A DNA stretch of 64,000 bases from Octopus sinensis (lineage: Eukaryota). Each line of letters opens with the position of its first letter. Within the stretch, counting starts at the first letter, position 1. The DNA lies in the NCBI RefSeq assembly GCF_006345805.1, contig NC_042998.1:198524001-198588000 (forward strand), in the 5' to 3' direction. The notes beneath the pieces are model-generated. The model was given only the letters and a program-made list of their open reading frames with translations, did no database searches and was not told where the DNA came from. The position numbers were made by a program, and so were the translations under genes. Shown here piece by piece: positions 13,389 through 26,158 of this stretch.

Positions 13389-15193
13389 TGTAGTGATCCT
13401 GTACAGCGGCGCGCGCGCGCACCGTCCATTTTCCTTTTCGCGCGTGTTGGTGCCTTCACCATGGCAGAGAATCTGGATTATTAAAGCAACGGAAAGTGAT
13501 TGCTTCTCGCACCCCCAAAAGGTCCAGAGAAGATATTCACACACATAGTCGTTACACTGGTGACCCCGACGTGATTCTGGTCTAAAACCAGAGATCATTT
13601 AACAACAAAGAAATCCAGTTTTTCTGCTAAGTCTGAACACGATTAACTCTACGCATTCATCTTTCGACGATTTGTTTCCGGTCCCCTCGGACAGTTATAG
13701 AAGGAGCCTTTTTTATTCTTCAACATAATGACGGACGCCATCATATCATCGATGCTTTTTCTCTGCCTTCGTCATCATCATCGTCGTCTTAGAACTTCAC
13801 GTCGTCGTTATCTTCGTCGCCATCACCACTAAGAACAATGTTGTCTCAAGTCCACTACAGTCGCCTTCCACCACCAACGTCGCCTTTCAACACCGTCGAC
13901 CAAGATGTACATAGCAACTCGCGGAAGTTTAGCCCACTTGCTGTTTGTGCATGGCACACCAAGGAATTAACAGCCCAGCACTATCTGCGAGATTCTTCTG
14001 TTCTAGTTAACCTGTCACAGCATTGAAGCCACAACCGTTACACGATATGTGTCCAATCGGCATCTGCATTTGTGATCTCAACATTCTGTTACAGAACGAA
14101 CTGCTATTGTGCATCAGGCTATTAGAGACTGGTAAATTAACTCCATTGTCTGAAATAGCCCTGAGAGACATTTTTTTCTATGCGCTGTATTTTTATTTTT
14201 GCTCGCATTCACCTTGTTGTATTTTTGTCGCACACACGTACACACACATAAATGCTATCTCTCTCACATACATACGTCACACATGCTTTTCTCGTTTGTT
14301 TTTCCATGCTAATTTGCCTTTGTGGACACACCTCATTTCTGTAGACCCTAGGTCGGTCACGTATACATAGAGAGGGTTGTTTGTCCATTATAACGCGCCG
14401 GCATGCCATACTTTTGTTCCTGTACGAACGAGGCATATAATCGCTCAACCACTGGCATATTCATTGCTGTTTTTCGGTCTGGCAAGCCCTGTTGCATTTC
14501 ATGCGCCTTTGCTCCGCACGTGTACTGCCTTGTTTTTGCAACACGTTTGCGTTAGTTTAATTCTTTTCCCTGTTAGACCCCTGTTGATCACGTAATTAAC
14601 AGAGAAAATTATCTGTGTCGCGCATCACACCAGCATGCTTGCACTTTTGCCTTTTGTGTTACTAGCGATCTATCTGTCGATTCCATTTCCTCTCCTGCAG
14701 CAATTGATTTAACTGCTATTTCGCAGGATCAACCACCTTTAGAGAAGTTGGATTTTAATTTCGCCTAGGTACATTAACTGTGAGTTTGCTTTCCTTCCGC
14801 TGGTCAGCGGAAGGCTCTATACTTTGTGACGTATCCACCTTCACGCATGCACCTTTGATCTTTGCTCATTTTGAGTATTTTTTTTCCTTTTGGTAAATTT
14901 CTTATGTATGATGTAAATTTTGCCATTTTATTATATTGTGTGCTATTTGGTTATCTGGTATCCACCTTGAGTTTTATAGTCACTACAGGGAATTTTGTGT
15001 CGTGCTTCGCACTGGGGTGGAGCTCTGTAGTGATCCTGTACAGCGGCGCGCGCGCGCACCGTCCATTTTCTATTTCGCGCGTGTTGGTGCCTTCACCATG
15101 GCAGAGAATCTGGATTATTAAAGCAACGGAAAGTGATTGCTTCTCGCACCCCCAAAAGGTCCAGAGAAGATATTCACACACATAGTCGTTACA
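13389..15193 (+). mobile_element. Non-autonomous Gypsy-like LTR retroelement
   Basis: 168-bp TG...CA LTRs at 13389-13556 and 15026-15193; PBS TGGTGACCCCGACGTGAT complementary to the 3' end of tRNA-Trp; purine-rich tract ggggtggag before the 3' LTR; 4-bp TSD CTTG; no intact gag or pol. Confidence 0.92.
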
Positions 15194-16549
15194 CTTGTTT
15201 TTCAGTTTAAAAGCTCTTTTAGATTTACGATAGCTTTTAAGAAAGACAAAATGGATAAGTTTCTATTAAGTTTAGGAAATAGGTCAGTCGATTACTGTGA
15301 TGAAATGTAGTGGTCTAAAATTACGAAAGAGGGGGCCAGAAAGGCATTTCATACAATTTAAGAGCAAGCAATTCCGTTACATCCAAATCTATAAGCAGCA
15401 GAACTACATCCAGTGAATGAATAAGAACCTATTAATTTTCCTGTGTCATTTAAGGAAAAGGCTATTAAGGATGCATTTCACCAAAGATAAATAGGTAAAC
15501 CAATCAAGAAGCCGCTTGTCATAGTTTTGCCTTACCTTACAAAGTTAAGATTAAAAATTTTGATGACCTCTTCTCCAGTTTATGGATATTGATTTTTTTC
15601 ACTGCTTTGAGCTTGTTTGTGAGTGTTGTGTATGTTTGTATAACTGTCAGACCGTGAGGTTTATATATTTTTTTTATTTATTTCCTTAGACCTTTACTGC
15701 ATCTAGATTTTTATACCGCTTTCGACGTTGACCCCTTTACCAAAGCAAGGAAGAAATATTTACAGCCTTCTTTGTATGTTTTTGTCTCTGATTTTGGAGA
15801 AGTACTCAAGATTAATGAATTTGCTTACTGTTGAAATGTGACATGTTACTTGAGGCTTGTTTTGGTGACATGAAATATGCTTGCTGTTGCTTCTGTTGTA
15901 TTCTTAACTGCTTGCTTTGTGCGAATAATTGTCAGTTTTCAGTTTTCTATGGTTAAGATCTTTTGTTATTTTTCTTATTGATAAATTGTTACAGAATTTA
16001 ATTTTGTTGTGTATTTGAAATTTACCCTAATATTTTCCCCCCAGGTTTGCTATTTCAGCAGTGTAACAGAGTTTGTTGTGGACAGGCTCCAAGTCAATCT
16101 TGCTTGAGCAGACGCACGATAAAAAAAAGACCCCCCCCCCCAAAAAAAAACCCCAAAAAAAGAAAAAAAAAGAAGAAAAAGATCAAACTGAAACCATTCC
16201 GATTTTTAAAAATGTTTTTCTAAACTACTTTATTCAATGCCCCATTTTTTAAAAGAAAGATTTGAGGGAGATTTGGCCGCTGCTTTTTACGGGTTGAACA
16301 GTTATCTAGAGAATTACACATTAGCTCGTTCAATTGAGTTTGTATTTCTTTGTCATTTGGGATGTTTTTTTTTTGGTGGGGATAATTTACAGTTACGTAT
16401 GTAGTCCAGAATCTATGTTGGTAACTGTGATATTTAATTGATTTCTACACAACTTATGTGTATCTCTTAACGAAAACAATTCCTCTAGCTTTTTGTTTTG
16501 AAGACTCTGAAAGTGCTTCTAATTTATTCTTGGCGTGAGTGCACTGTAA

Positions 16550-16943
16550 TCTCTCTCTATATAAAGCTGAAGTTGTCTGCGTATGGCAGATTTCGTAGCC
16601 TTCAACTAATACTATCTCCTCCGAGACCCTGCAGAGCAAGTTAACCAAAATTGAGAGTATGATAGAAGAAGGCTTGCTCTTCCTTCCGTAGAATAAAAAA
16701 TTCAAATTGGACCATGTTAACACCAAAAATTATTTACATCAAAAAGGTGCTTTTTTTTCTATGAAAATCCTTATTTTTTAAAGATCTTTTGACTGCTGTG
16801 TCGCCATTTTTCGGTGTATTTCAACCAGAAAAATGTTCACTTAAAGAGAATAACAAGCTACATAATGCAAAATTTTTACTTTTCAAAAATTTCAATTCTA
16901 AAGGATCGAAAAAACCCCGAGCAACGCCGGGAGATACTGCTAG
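16550..16943 (+). mobile_element. Non-autonomous Helitron, family H1
   Basis: A|TC 5' end (tctctctctatataaag), 3' hairpin cccgagcaacgccggg, CTAG|T end, no TSD. Confidence 0.85.
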
Positions 16944-17084
16944 TTATATATAAAAGGTCGGAGGAGAGTTGAGGAATTGTTTGGCATGTGATTGTGTTAG
17001 CTAAGAGATGGAACATAATGTGATGTCAAGAGAAGAATTAGTGTTGTTTGCTATGTGGATATGCTGTTAGTGTGAGTTGTTTAA

Positions 17085-17680
17085 AGGCGGCGAGCTGGCA
17101 GAAACGTTAGCACGCCGGGCGAAATGCTTAGCGGTATTTCGTCTGCGTTACGTTGTGAGTTCAAATTCCGCCGAGGTCGACTTTGCCTTTCATCCTTTCG
17201 GGATCGATAAATTAAGTACCAGTTACGCACTGGGGTCGATGTAATCGACTTAATACCTATGTCTGTCCTTGTTTGTCCCCTCTGTGTTTAGCCCCTTGTG
17301 GGTAGTAAAGAAATAGGTATTTCGTCTGTCGTTACGTTGTGAGTTCAAATTCCGCCGAGGTCGACTTTGCCTTTCCTCCTTTCGGGGTCGATTAAATAAG
17401 TACCCGTTACGCACTGGGTCGATATAATCGACTTAATCCATTTGTCTGTCCTTGTTTGTCCCCTCTGTGTTTAGCCCCTTGTGGGTAGTAAAGAAATAGG
17501 TATTTCGTCTGCCGTTACATTTTGAGTTCAAATTCCGCCGAGGTCGACTTTGCCTTTCATCCTTTCGGGGTCGATTAAATAAGTACCAGTTACACACCGG
17601 GGTCGATGTAATCGACTTAATCCGTTTGTCTGTCCTTGTTTGTCCTCTCTGTGTTTAGCCCTTTATGGGTAGTAAAGAAA
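17085..17680 (+). mobile_element. SINE family B trimer
   Basis: Single head plus three 183-bp units starting at 17135, 17318 and 17501; 17-bp TSD tagtgtg(a/g)gttgtttaa. Confidence 0.9.
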
Positions 17681-18398
17681 TAGTGTGGGTTGTTTAAGAT
17701 ATAAAGAAACTTTAATTGTAATGCTCGCGTGTTGTCCTTATTGTTTCGGGGACCAGGATGTTTTGATAATATTTAGGAATACACTAAACTGTTTTTGTTG
17801 AGCTAAAGCAATTGAATGTCTTATGCTTTTGTTTAATATGTTAATGGGTTTCGTGTCTTTACTTTTTACACCGAATGTTTTTATTTCTCTTGGTGTTCAA
17901 CTATCGTTTGTAATGTTTACGCACTAGATTTAGAATTGTATGCATGTTATAAGCACACGAATATGGTTTTACTTCTACAGGCTTTTGCATAATTTGGAGA
18001 TATGAGGTATCCTGCGTTGGAGGTTGACCATAGAGATATTTTGTATATTAGGAGCTACGTTGTCCCATGTATTTTTCTCTTCACACGGCTGTGTGTCAAT
18101 TAAAGAACTGGCTGCTATTTCTAGCAAGTAGAACGACTGAATAGAAGCTCTTTTGCTGTCTTGGCGGTCCCACGTTGCTTCATACATGAATGTGTGGCGT
18201 TTGAGATTGGACTCTTCGTCTGAAAAGAAAAATGCAATTAAAGATCTTGCATGCAAAGTTTATCTTCTAAATGAAGTCGAGTCAATTGTAAGGAAGAGCT
18301 CAAACTTTTAGCTGTAAGGTATTGATGGGAGAGTCCAAATTACTAGCTATGAGGTATGAACAAGGAATGGGACAAATGCGGTTCATTAGTTATACACT

Positions 18399-19331
18399 TT
18401 ATTACTTCCGCCTTCGCTAAGGCGGAGGTATTGTTTTCAGTCGTGTTTGTTTGTTTGTTTGTTTGTCCGTGGATAAGGTATCTCGAGAACCGCTGGATGG
18501 ATTCGGATGAAACATTCAGGGATATTTGGCCTCGTGACTGGCACGAACTGATTAAATTTTGGGATCGATTCGGTACAGGATTACAAGGATTATGGATTAT
18601 TTTTTCCGTTTTTGTTTTACTTAATTTTTGAGAGCGGTCGGGTTCATTTTTAGTATTTTCGTTTGTGAGAGCAATCGAGTTTATTTTAGATAATCTCATT
18701 TTAAAAATCATCTCTTGGCGAAACGTTGAGAGGACGTTGGTGTCGTCGTCGTCGTCTTCTTCTTCTTCTTCTTCTTCTTCTTCTTCTTCTTCTTCTTCTT
18801 CTTCTTCTAATCAGGACTCACGTCATTAGCCACAAAGAATAATCTCTAATTCGAGCCTACTCTAAGTTAATAATGCGTGTGGCAACATGAAGATCCACCC
18901 ATCACACGCGATAGACTGGCGGTTGCACGGGCGCGAAAGCTACATTGTTATCATCATTCCGTAAACGGTGGCTTTTAACGGGTGGAGAGCTGAACCATCC
19001 TGGGTCACAGAGGATTCGTAATCTAGACTAGGGTCTGAAAGTTTACCACACCATAGTGGGTTACACCATGGTTCCTCTGCTTTGTGGAGAAGTAGGAAGA
19101 AAGTGTGAAAGTTGTGGTGAAAGAGTACAGCGGAGTTCACCACCCCTCCCCGCCGGAACCTCGTTGAGCTTAGGTGTTTTTGCTCAATAAACACTCACAA
19201 TGCCCGGACCGTGAATCGAAACCGCGTTTTTATGACCGCGAGTCCGCTGCTCTAACCATTGGGCCATTGCGACTCCACTAGAACGTTGGTGTTGCCTTGA
19301 CGGTGGTTTGTGCTCTCTGAGTGCTCTTGTT
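18399..19331 (+). mobile_element. Helentron/HINE-like non-autonomous element interrupted by a SINE
   Basis: 5' ttattacttccgcc...aaggcggagg, (GTTT)n tract, ggatggattcggatgaaa, 3' ccttgacggtgg and a gtgctctctgagtgc hairpin-like end, T-rich flanks. Confidence 0.6.
18744..19279 (-). mobile_element. SINE with a family C head, a different 3' half and a (GAA)n tail
   Basis: First ~180 nt align to the family C head and core, then diverge; TSD acgttggtgt at 18734 and 19283. Confidence 0.8.
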
Positions 19332-19829
19332 TTATTTAATTCGGCGTTCCACTGTCTCACTGATCCGCACCATTCATAATATGTCTTAACGACAATGGTT
19401 GCTCATTTCTACTTCAAAGCTGTCAAACGTAGAAGCGAAATCTGAATTACAAGATCTGAAAGAAAAACTGTTAATCTACAAACCTGTAAGGCGGCAAGAG
19501 GAGTGAGAATTTATCGAATAAAAAAAATAACAGAAACTCGCCGCAAGGCGAGCGCACAGCAGGGGAGATCTTCAGAGGAAAAACTCCTTCCCGAAAAGTG
19601 GTTTCGGCCCTTATACCTCTACGGGGGAAGGGCTCACCCGAGCCATGACTCCTAGGTGTCCTCCTGCTGCTTTCCAAAACCCTGTCTCCAGCGAAATTTG
19701 AAGCTAGCTCATTCTTTTTGTGAACTTATGTTCCCATAGCTGTGTTTCAGCCCACTAGGCCACTCTCACCAATGAAGGAACCAGTTCTCTTCCTTCGATT
19801 CCTGTAAATAAACAATGAAATCCATAACT

Positions 19830-20790
19830 AGGTCCATTGGTCATTTCTCTTCACCCATATCCTCATTTAGCTCTTTTCAGCAACATCAGACAAGCGTTTG
19901 ATTGGGGCAGTTCTTCCGTGGCCTTTGATACTCAATTGTCTGCGTAGCTAACTGGTTAATGCAGCCAGGAATGCGTGCAATTCAAATTCAACTGGTTTCA
20001 CAGTATAGTGGAAACCCTCACACCCTAGCTGCTTTGCCTACCTACCATATTTGCTGCTCATCTATGTGGCTCTTGTATGGTACTGACAATTCAATGAAAA
20101 TCACTTCGGCACCCTGTTCAGAACATATGACGATATCAGGTCTCAAACCATTCTTGGTTAGGAACTCTTTGTAGTTCCTGTGCTTCTCATCGATGTCTGC
20201 AGCTATTTCCTAGGAATCATCGCGTCCACAAATTCATATCCAGTTATCTTCTTCGCTCCAGCCCACTCATTTCCTTCTTTGGTTATTGTTGTGTGGACGC
20301 CCCCAGACGATGAAGTAGGTTAGCCCAATACGTAGATATAGAGGGAGAAGTCTAGACGTCAGAGTTTAGTAGAGGTCATCGGAACGTGCGATATAACAGT
20401 TATGAAGGCCACTTTTGATTTGGTTGTGTCCTACTGCATTTGGTTCCAGATTGAATTGGTCAATTCTTCCAGCAATCTTGTGTACCCATGCGTATCTACC
20501 ATCAGCGAGAGCGGGAGCGGTCTTACAGGAACTCAGGACACGGTCCATTGACTGGGGTTTGTCCTTGCACAGGGGAATATTGACACGTCTTCCATGCCCC
20601 ACTTTACAAGGTTGGTGTTTGATGGAAGCTAGCCGTAAGTTGCTCTTATTATGAAGCTCAATCTGAGTGGCGCCATGTGCCACACGTCGTTAACACGTGA
20701 GAGATTTATGCATTGCAGCGTCCCAGGTTGTCCATCGCCCCTGCTGAGATTGCTGGATGGCTTTCATAAACCTGTTTTAGAAAAAGGAAA
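19830..20790 (-). mobile_element. Degenerate HERO/R2-like (RLE-type) non-LTR retrotransposon, 3' part
   Basis: Fragments [44 protein letters not shown] (CCHC region) and LRPDIVI...IELSVPY (restriction-like endonuclease). Confidence 0.72.
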
Positions 20791-21050
20791 TTAACTGCTG
20801 GAATCTATTAATATTTGAAAGGATCTGAGTGATGTGAAGACACAGATGATCAACGAAGCAATGGAATACAGAAAGACGAATACAGATTGATAGCACAATG
20901 TGTATTGCCAATATTTATTGATAAGATGCCAATATTTATTGATATAATAATATCGTAGGATTTTTTTCACATGCATTTTCGTAATTGAGAAAATATTTGA
21001 AAAATACAAACAAAAATAACACAAATACAAATTAATAATAGCGTTATACA

Positions 21051-21466
21051 TATTTCTTTATTGCCCACAAGGAGCTAAACGTAGAGGGGACAAACAAGGA
21101 CAGACAAACGGATTAAGTCGATTATATCGACCCCAGTGCGTAACTGGTACTTAATTTATCGACCCCGAAAGGATGAAAGGCAAAGTCGACCACGGCGGAA
21201 TTTGAACTCAGTACGTAACGGCAGACGAAACACCTGTTTCTTTATTGCCCACAAGGAGCTAAACACAGAGGGGACAAACAAGGACAGACAAACGGATCAA
21301 GTCGATTACATCGACCCCAGTGCGTAACTGCTACTTAATTTATCGATTCCGAAAGGATGAAAGGCAAAGTCGACCTCGGCGGAATTTGAACTCACAACGT
21401 AACAGCAGAAGAAATACCACTAAGCATTTCGCCCGGCGTGCTAACGATTCTGCCAGCTCGCCGCCT
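21051..21466 (-). mobile_element. SINE family B dimer
   Basis: TSD taatagcgttataca on both sides. Confidence 0.9.
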
Positions 21467-21926
21467 TAATAGCGTTATACACTATCAAACACATTGATGA
21501 TGAAAGCGAAACGTAATAGAGAGGACGATTTAAAATTTCAGCCTGCGGAAACTATGAAAAAGCACAACAGAAATATGACAGAGGAAGGCTTACTTAGGGA
21601 GTGCCCTTAAAAATACATTTAGATTATAATTAGAAATCATAAGACTGAATTTGACAAAACCTAGTCTAAAGTTAGCAAAAGCAACATAAAGCCATTGTCC
21701 AATACCACTGGGTGAAGGGCTTGCTCCTTAGAAGAAGGCCAGTTTCTTATCAGAAGACTAGAGTAGCTTACAAATTACAATGAGAGGAACAAATGAAACA
21801 GCCTCTAGGCGACAGCTCGGTTTGTTAGAAATAGCAGCTTAGTGACACTCAAATAAAATTCTACCGTCTTAAAGGATCCATGAGCGAGGTATCCTAAATA
21901 TAAAGACAGGGTGATTATTACTGCAA

Positions 21927-22283
21927 ATGGTGGCGCAATGGCCCAGTGGTTAGGGCAGCGGACTCGCGGTCGTAGGATCGTGGTTTCGATTCCCAGACCG
22001 GGCGTTGTGAGTGTTTACTGAGCGAAAACACCTAAAGCTCCACGAGGCTCCGGCAGGGGATGGTGGTGATCCCTGCTGTACTCTTTCACCACAACTTTCT
22101 CTCACTCTTACTTCCTGTTTCTGTTATACCTTGTATTTCAAAGGGCCGGCCTTGTCACTCTCTGTGTCACGCTGAATCTCCCCGAGAACTACGTTAAGGG
22201 TACACGTGTCTGTGGAGTGCTCAGCCACTTACTCGTTAATTTCACGTTGATTCGGTTCAACCGGAACCCTCGTCGTCGTAACC
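21927..22283 (+). mobile_element. SINE family C, 3'-clipped, flanked by a 145-bp direct duplication
   Basis: Family C sequence between direct repeats 21782-21926 and 22284-22428. Confidence 0.88.
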
Positions 22284-22734
22284 GAGAGGAACAAATGAAA
22301 CAGCCTCTAAGCGACAGCTCGGTTTGTTAGAAATAGCAGCTTAGTGACACTCAAATAAAATTCTACCGTCTTAAAGGACCCATGAGCGAGGTATCCTAGA
22401 TATAAAGACAGGGTGATTATTACTGCAATAACTTCGATCATAAGCTTGCTGGGTTAGGACTTACGTTTGGTTTTGGGAGGAAAGTTGTGATCTCGGTCAC
22501 TTATACGCCATGGAAGGCGGGTAGTCGGTCCTAAAAGTCCTAGAACTCCAGACAGTATTTACATAGAAAGTTGTGCCCCACGTCTCGAATAATAACGAAA
22601 AAAAAAAAAGGGAAAAACTCCATAAAAGATCGGAAAAACGAAAAGATTGGAACATCATGACAGCATTTCTTTTGAACATAGATACTGGATCATATCTGAT
22701 ATTTGACATGAAGGTTAAGGTTTTAAATCCAAAT

Positions 22735-23312
22735 TACACCACCACTACCACCACCACCACTATTCCCGACATCACAACCACCCGAACCGCCACACTTACT
22801 TCGCCAAAACATTACTCTGTTACCCTACCTTTTATACTCCCAGTTTATCCTGTGCACTACATCATAGCCACCACCATCGCCACCACCATCGCCACCACAC
22901 TATTTTACCAACACATTACACAACCACCTTAGCTTGTACACCACCAGCACCAGCCCCACCACCACTACCACCACCATCAGCGTCACCACCCGCCGCCGCC
23001 GCCGCTGTCTCCGCCACCACTACCACCACTACTACCACTACCACTAACACCACAACCAACACATTGCACCAACACTGTAACTCTCTACGTCACCACACCA
23101 CAACATATACACCACTTTACACTACTACCTTAACCCCCAAACGCCGACGCTGTCGACCACCACCACTACCCACCCCCCCCCCCCCCCCCCGCCGCTCCCC
23201 CTCCACCGCTCCCCCGCCGCTCCCCCCGCCGCTCCCCCTCCACCGCTCCCCCCCCCGCCGCTCCCCCCCCCGCCGCTCCCCCCCCCCCGCCGCTCCCCCC
23301 CCCCCGCCCACC
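22735..23312. repeat. (ACC)/(CCG)/poly-C low-complexity tract
   Basis: Direct inspection. Confidence 0.9.
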
Positions 23313-23329
23313 ATAATTGTCGCAATGTT

Positions 23330-23580
23330 CTTACCTGTAATTTGTACTTTACGTGTCAAGAAACGTACGTCACGAGCGAACATTTAAACGAATCGAGGAA
23401 ATTCCTCTGCAAATCCGAAAAACTCTGCGTCTCTTGAAAACCGTTATTTAAGAGAGGAAATTTCCACGCGATGCGAAAATATACGTCATTGGATAAAATA
23501 ATGATCTAAAAAAGGGAATTTCTCTCGGAATTTCAAGAACATACGGCGCTAGAAAGACACCTGCCAAAAGTCGATAATTA
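23330..23580. promoter_or_regulatory. Candidate NF-kB/CRE motif module, copy 1
   Basis: TACGTCA at 23366 and 23482; kB-like GGAAATTCCT 23397, GGAAATTTCC 23456, GGGAATTTCT 23514; paralogous to 31298-31545. Confidence 0.45.
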
Positions 23581-23654
23581 CCTGTCATTAAAAAGCCATT
23601 ATATCATTTATCATACTTTGCTGTGTCTCAAACAATTGGACTTTGACCCCCACC

Positions 23655-24310
23655 TTCATCATCATCATCATCAGCATCGTCTTACGGCGTCTTGTACTCC
23701 CCTGTCATCAAGACCATACATCTCCTCCCCCTCCTCCTCATCTCCTCCTATTCCTGATCTCCTCCCCTCCTCCTCATCTCCTCCCCTCCTCCTCATCTCC
23801 TCCCCTCCTCCTCATCTCCTCCCCTCCTCCTCATCTCCTCATCTCCTCCTCCTCTTCCTCATCATCTCATCATCTCCTCCACCTCCTCCTCCTCATCTTC
23901 TCCCCATCTCCTCCCCATCTCCTCCTCCTCTTCCTCATCATCTCATCATCTCCTCCTCATCATCATCATCTCCTCCTCATCTCCTCCCCATCTCCTCCTC
24001 ATCTCCTCCCCATCTCCTCCCCATCTCCTCCCCATCTCCTCCTCTTCCTCATCATCTCATCATTTCCTCCTCCTCCTCCTCATCTCTTCCCTATCTCCTC
24101 CTCCACTTCCTCATCATCTCATCATCTCCCCATCTCCTCCTCATCTCCTCCCCATCTCCTCCTCCACTTCCTCATCATCTCATTATCTCCTCCTCCTCCT
24201 CTTCCTCATCATCGCATCATCTCCTCCTCCTCCTCATCTCCCTCTTCCCCCCTCCTCCTCGTCGTGGTCGTGGTCGTCGTCATCGTCGTCGTTGTCGTCA
24301 TTATCATCAT
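23655..24310. repeat. (TCC/TCA)n low-complexity tract
   Basis: Direct inspection. Confidence 0.92.
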
Positions 24311-24374
24311 GTGAGTTGGGTGAATGAGGCAAACCCAGTGTGTGGGTGTGCGGTGAATGCGGCTAGGGAATACC

Positions 24375-24585
24375 TCTGTGTGTGTAGGTATGTGAGTGAG
24401 TGTGTGTGTGCGTGTGTGTGTGTGAGCATGTGTGTGCATATGTATGTATGTATGTAAGAATGTGTATGTGTGTCAGAGTGTGTATGCGCGCGTATGTGAC
24501 ATACCGTTGGGATTGAAGTGCATGAAATATCGAATGTCTGTGTGTGTGTGTGTAGGTATGTGTGAGTATGTATATATATGTAAGA

Positions 24586-24624
<39 letters not shown>

Positions 24625-24758
24625 TATGTGTACGTATGTGTGTGTGTATATGTATGTGTGTGTTTGTGCAGGTGCGTGAGGGTGTGCGCGTATGTGGTAT
24701 ACCGCTGGGACTGAAGTGCATGAAATATCGAATGTCTGTGCGTGTGTACATGTGCATA

Positions 24759-24789
<31 letters not shown>

Positions 24790-25155
24790 AAGAATGTGTA
24801 TGTGTGTCAGAGTGTATATGTGTACGTATGTGTATGTGTGCGTATGTGTGTGTGTATGTATGTATGTATGTAAGAATGTGTATGTGTGTCAGAGTGTATA
24901 TGTGTGCGTATGTGAGTATGCGTGTGTGTGTGTGTGTGTACATGTGTATATGTGTGTAGGTATGTGTGAGTATGTGTATATATGTAAGAATGTGTGTGTG
25001 TGTGTGTGTGTGTGTCAGAGTATGTGTACGTATGTGTGTGTGTGTATATATATGTGTTTGCGCAGGTGCGTGTGGGTGTGCGCGTACCGTTGGGATTGAA
25101 CTGCACGAAATATCGAATGTCTGTGTGTCCACGCGTGTGTGCGTGTGTGTGTGTG
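24375..25155. repeat. (TG)/(TATG)-rich minisatellite with three copies of a ~39-bp unique core
   Basis: ccg(t/c)tggga(t/c)tgaa(g/c)tgca(t/c)gaaatatcgaatgtctgtg at about 24504, 24701 and 25087. Confidence 0.85.
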
Positions 25156-25629
25156 ATCGCGTGTTTGCGCGGGAGTGTGCGTGGTAGTGGAAAAATCAAT
25201 TTGCGTGATAAGATTGGTGGGTGTAAAATAAAGGACGTTAATATGCTGGTCCTATAATTAAAGAACACTAATTGTTTAGTGGGATAGGGACATGGTATCG
25301 CCACAGTTGCGTGGGTATGGGATAGTGGCGAGTGGGACGGTGCGTGCGTGGGCGTATGGCAATATTTGTGCGTGAGCGATCGGTGGGAGGCAAAAATCAG
25401 TGGGATATCGATAGCAGACGAAACAGTAGTTGTGGGGTTTTTGTTATTTTGTTTTTGTTTTTTGGTTTTTGAAGCTGAAGTCCCTCTCTGACATTTTTTT
25501 TGTTTCTGACAAGGTCAGGAGAGAAGAAGAAGAAGAGACGCCGCGATGTCGTTTCAAAGTCAGAAGCGACGAGATGTGAAGGTGAAAATGACCTGGAAAA
25601 GAAAGCAAGTACATACAGCACACGGCCAA

Positions 25630-25716
25630 GACCACCACCACCACCACTACTATTACTACATCCTCCTCCTCCTCCTCCTCCTCCTCCTCCTCCTCCTCCT
25701 CCTCCTCATCATCATC

Positions 25717-25782
<66 letters not shown>

Positions 25783-26082
25783 ATAATAAGAACAATAAGA
25801 ACACCATCACCAACAGCACCACCACCACCACCACCACCGCTACTATTACTACCTCCTCCCCCTCCTCCTCCTCCTCATCATCATCATCAATAATAAGAAC
25901 AATAAGAACAATAACAACATCACCAACAGCACCACCACCACCACCACCACCACCACTACACTACTACTACTACTACTTCTACTACTACATCATCATCATC
26001 ATCAATAATAAGAACAATAAGAACAATAACAACATCACCACCAGCACCTGCAGCAGCAGCAGCAGCACCACCACCACCACCA

Positions 26083-26158
<76 letters not shown>

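Noticed and set aside
17135-17317. Ribozyme inside the 183-bp SINE B unit (retrozyme hypothesis)
   Set aside because: No hammerhead CUGANGA/GAAA core or recognisable twister/HDV motif on either strand by eye.
23336-23560. Protein-coding exon on the minus strand (and its paralogue at 31.3-31.5 kb)
   Set aside because: Splice-like signals are present, but every frame I translated hits a stop; kept only as a non-coding candidate.
25500-25625. Possible plus-strand exon encoding RSGEKKKKRRRDVVSK
   Set aside because: Weak splice signals, no homology recognised, and it runs into a microsatellite.
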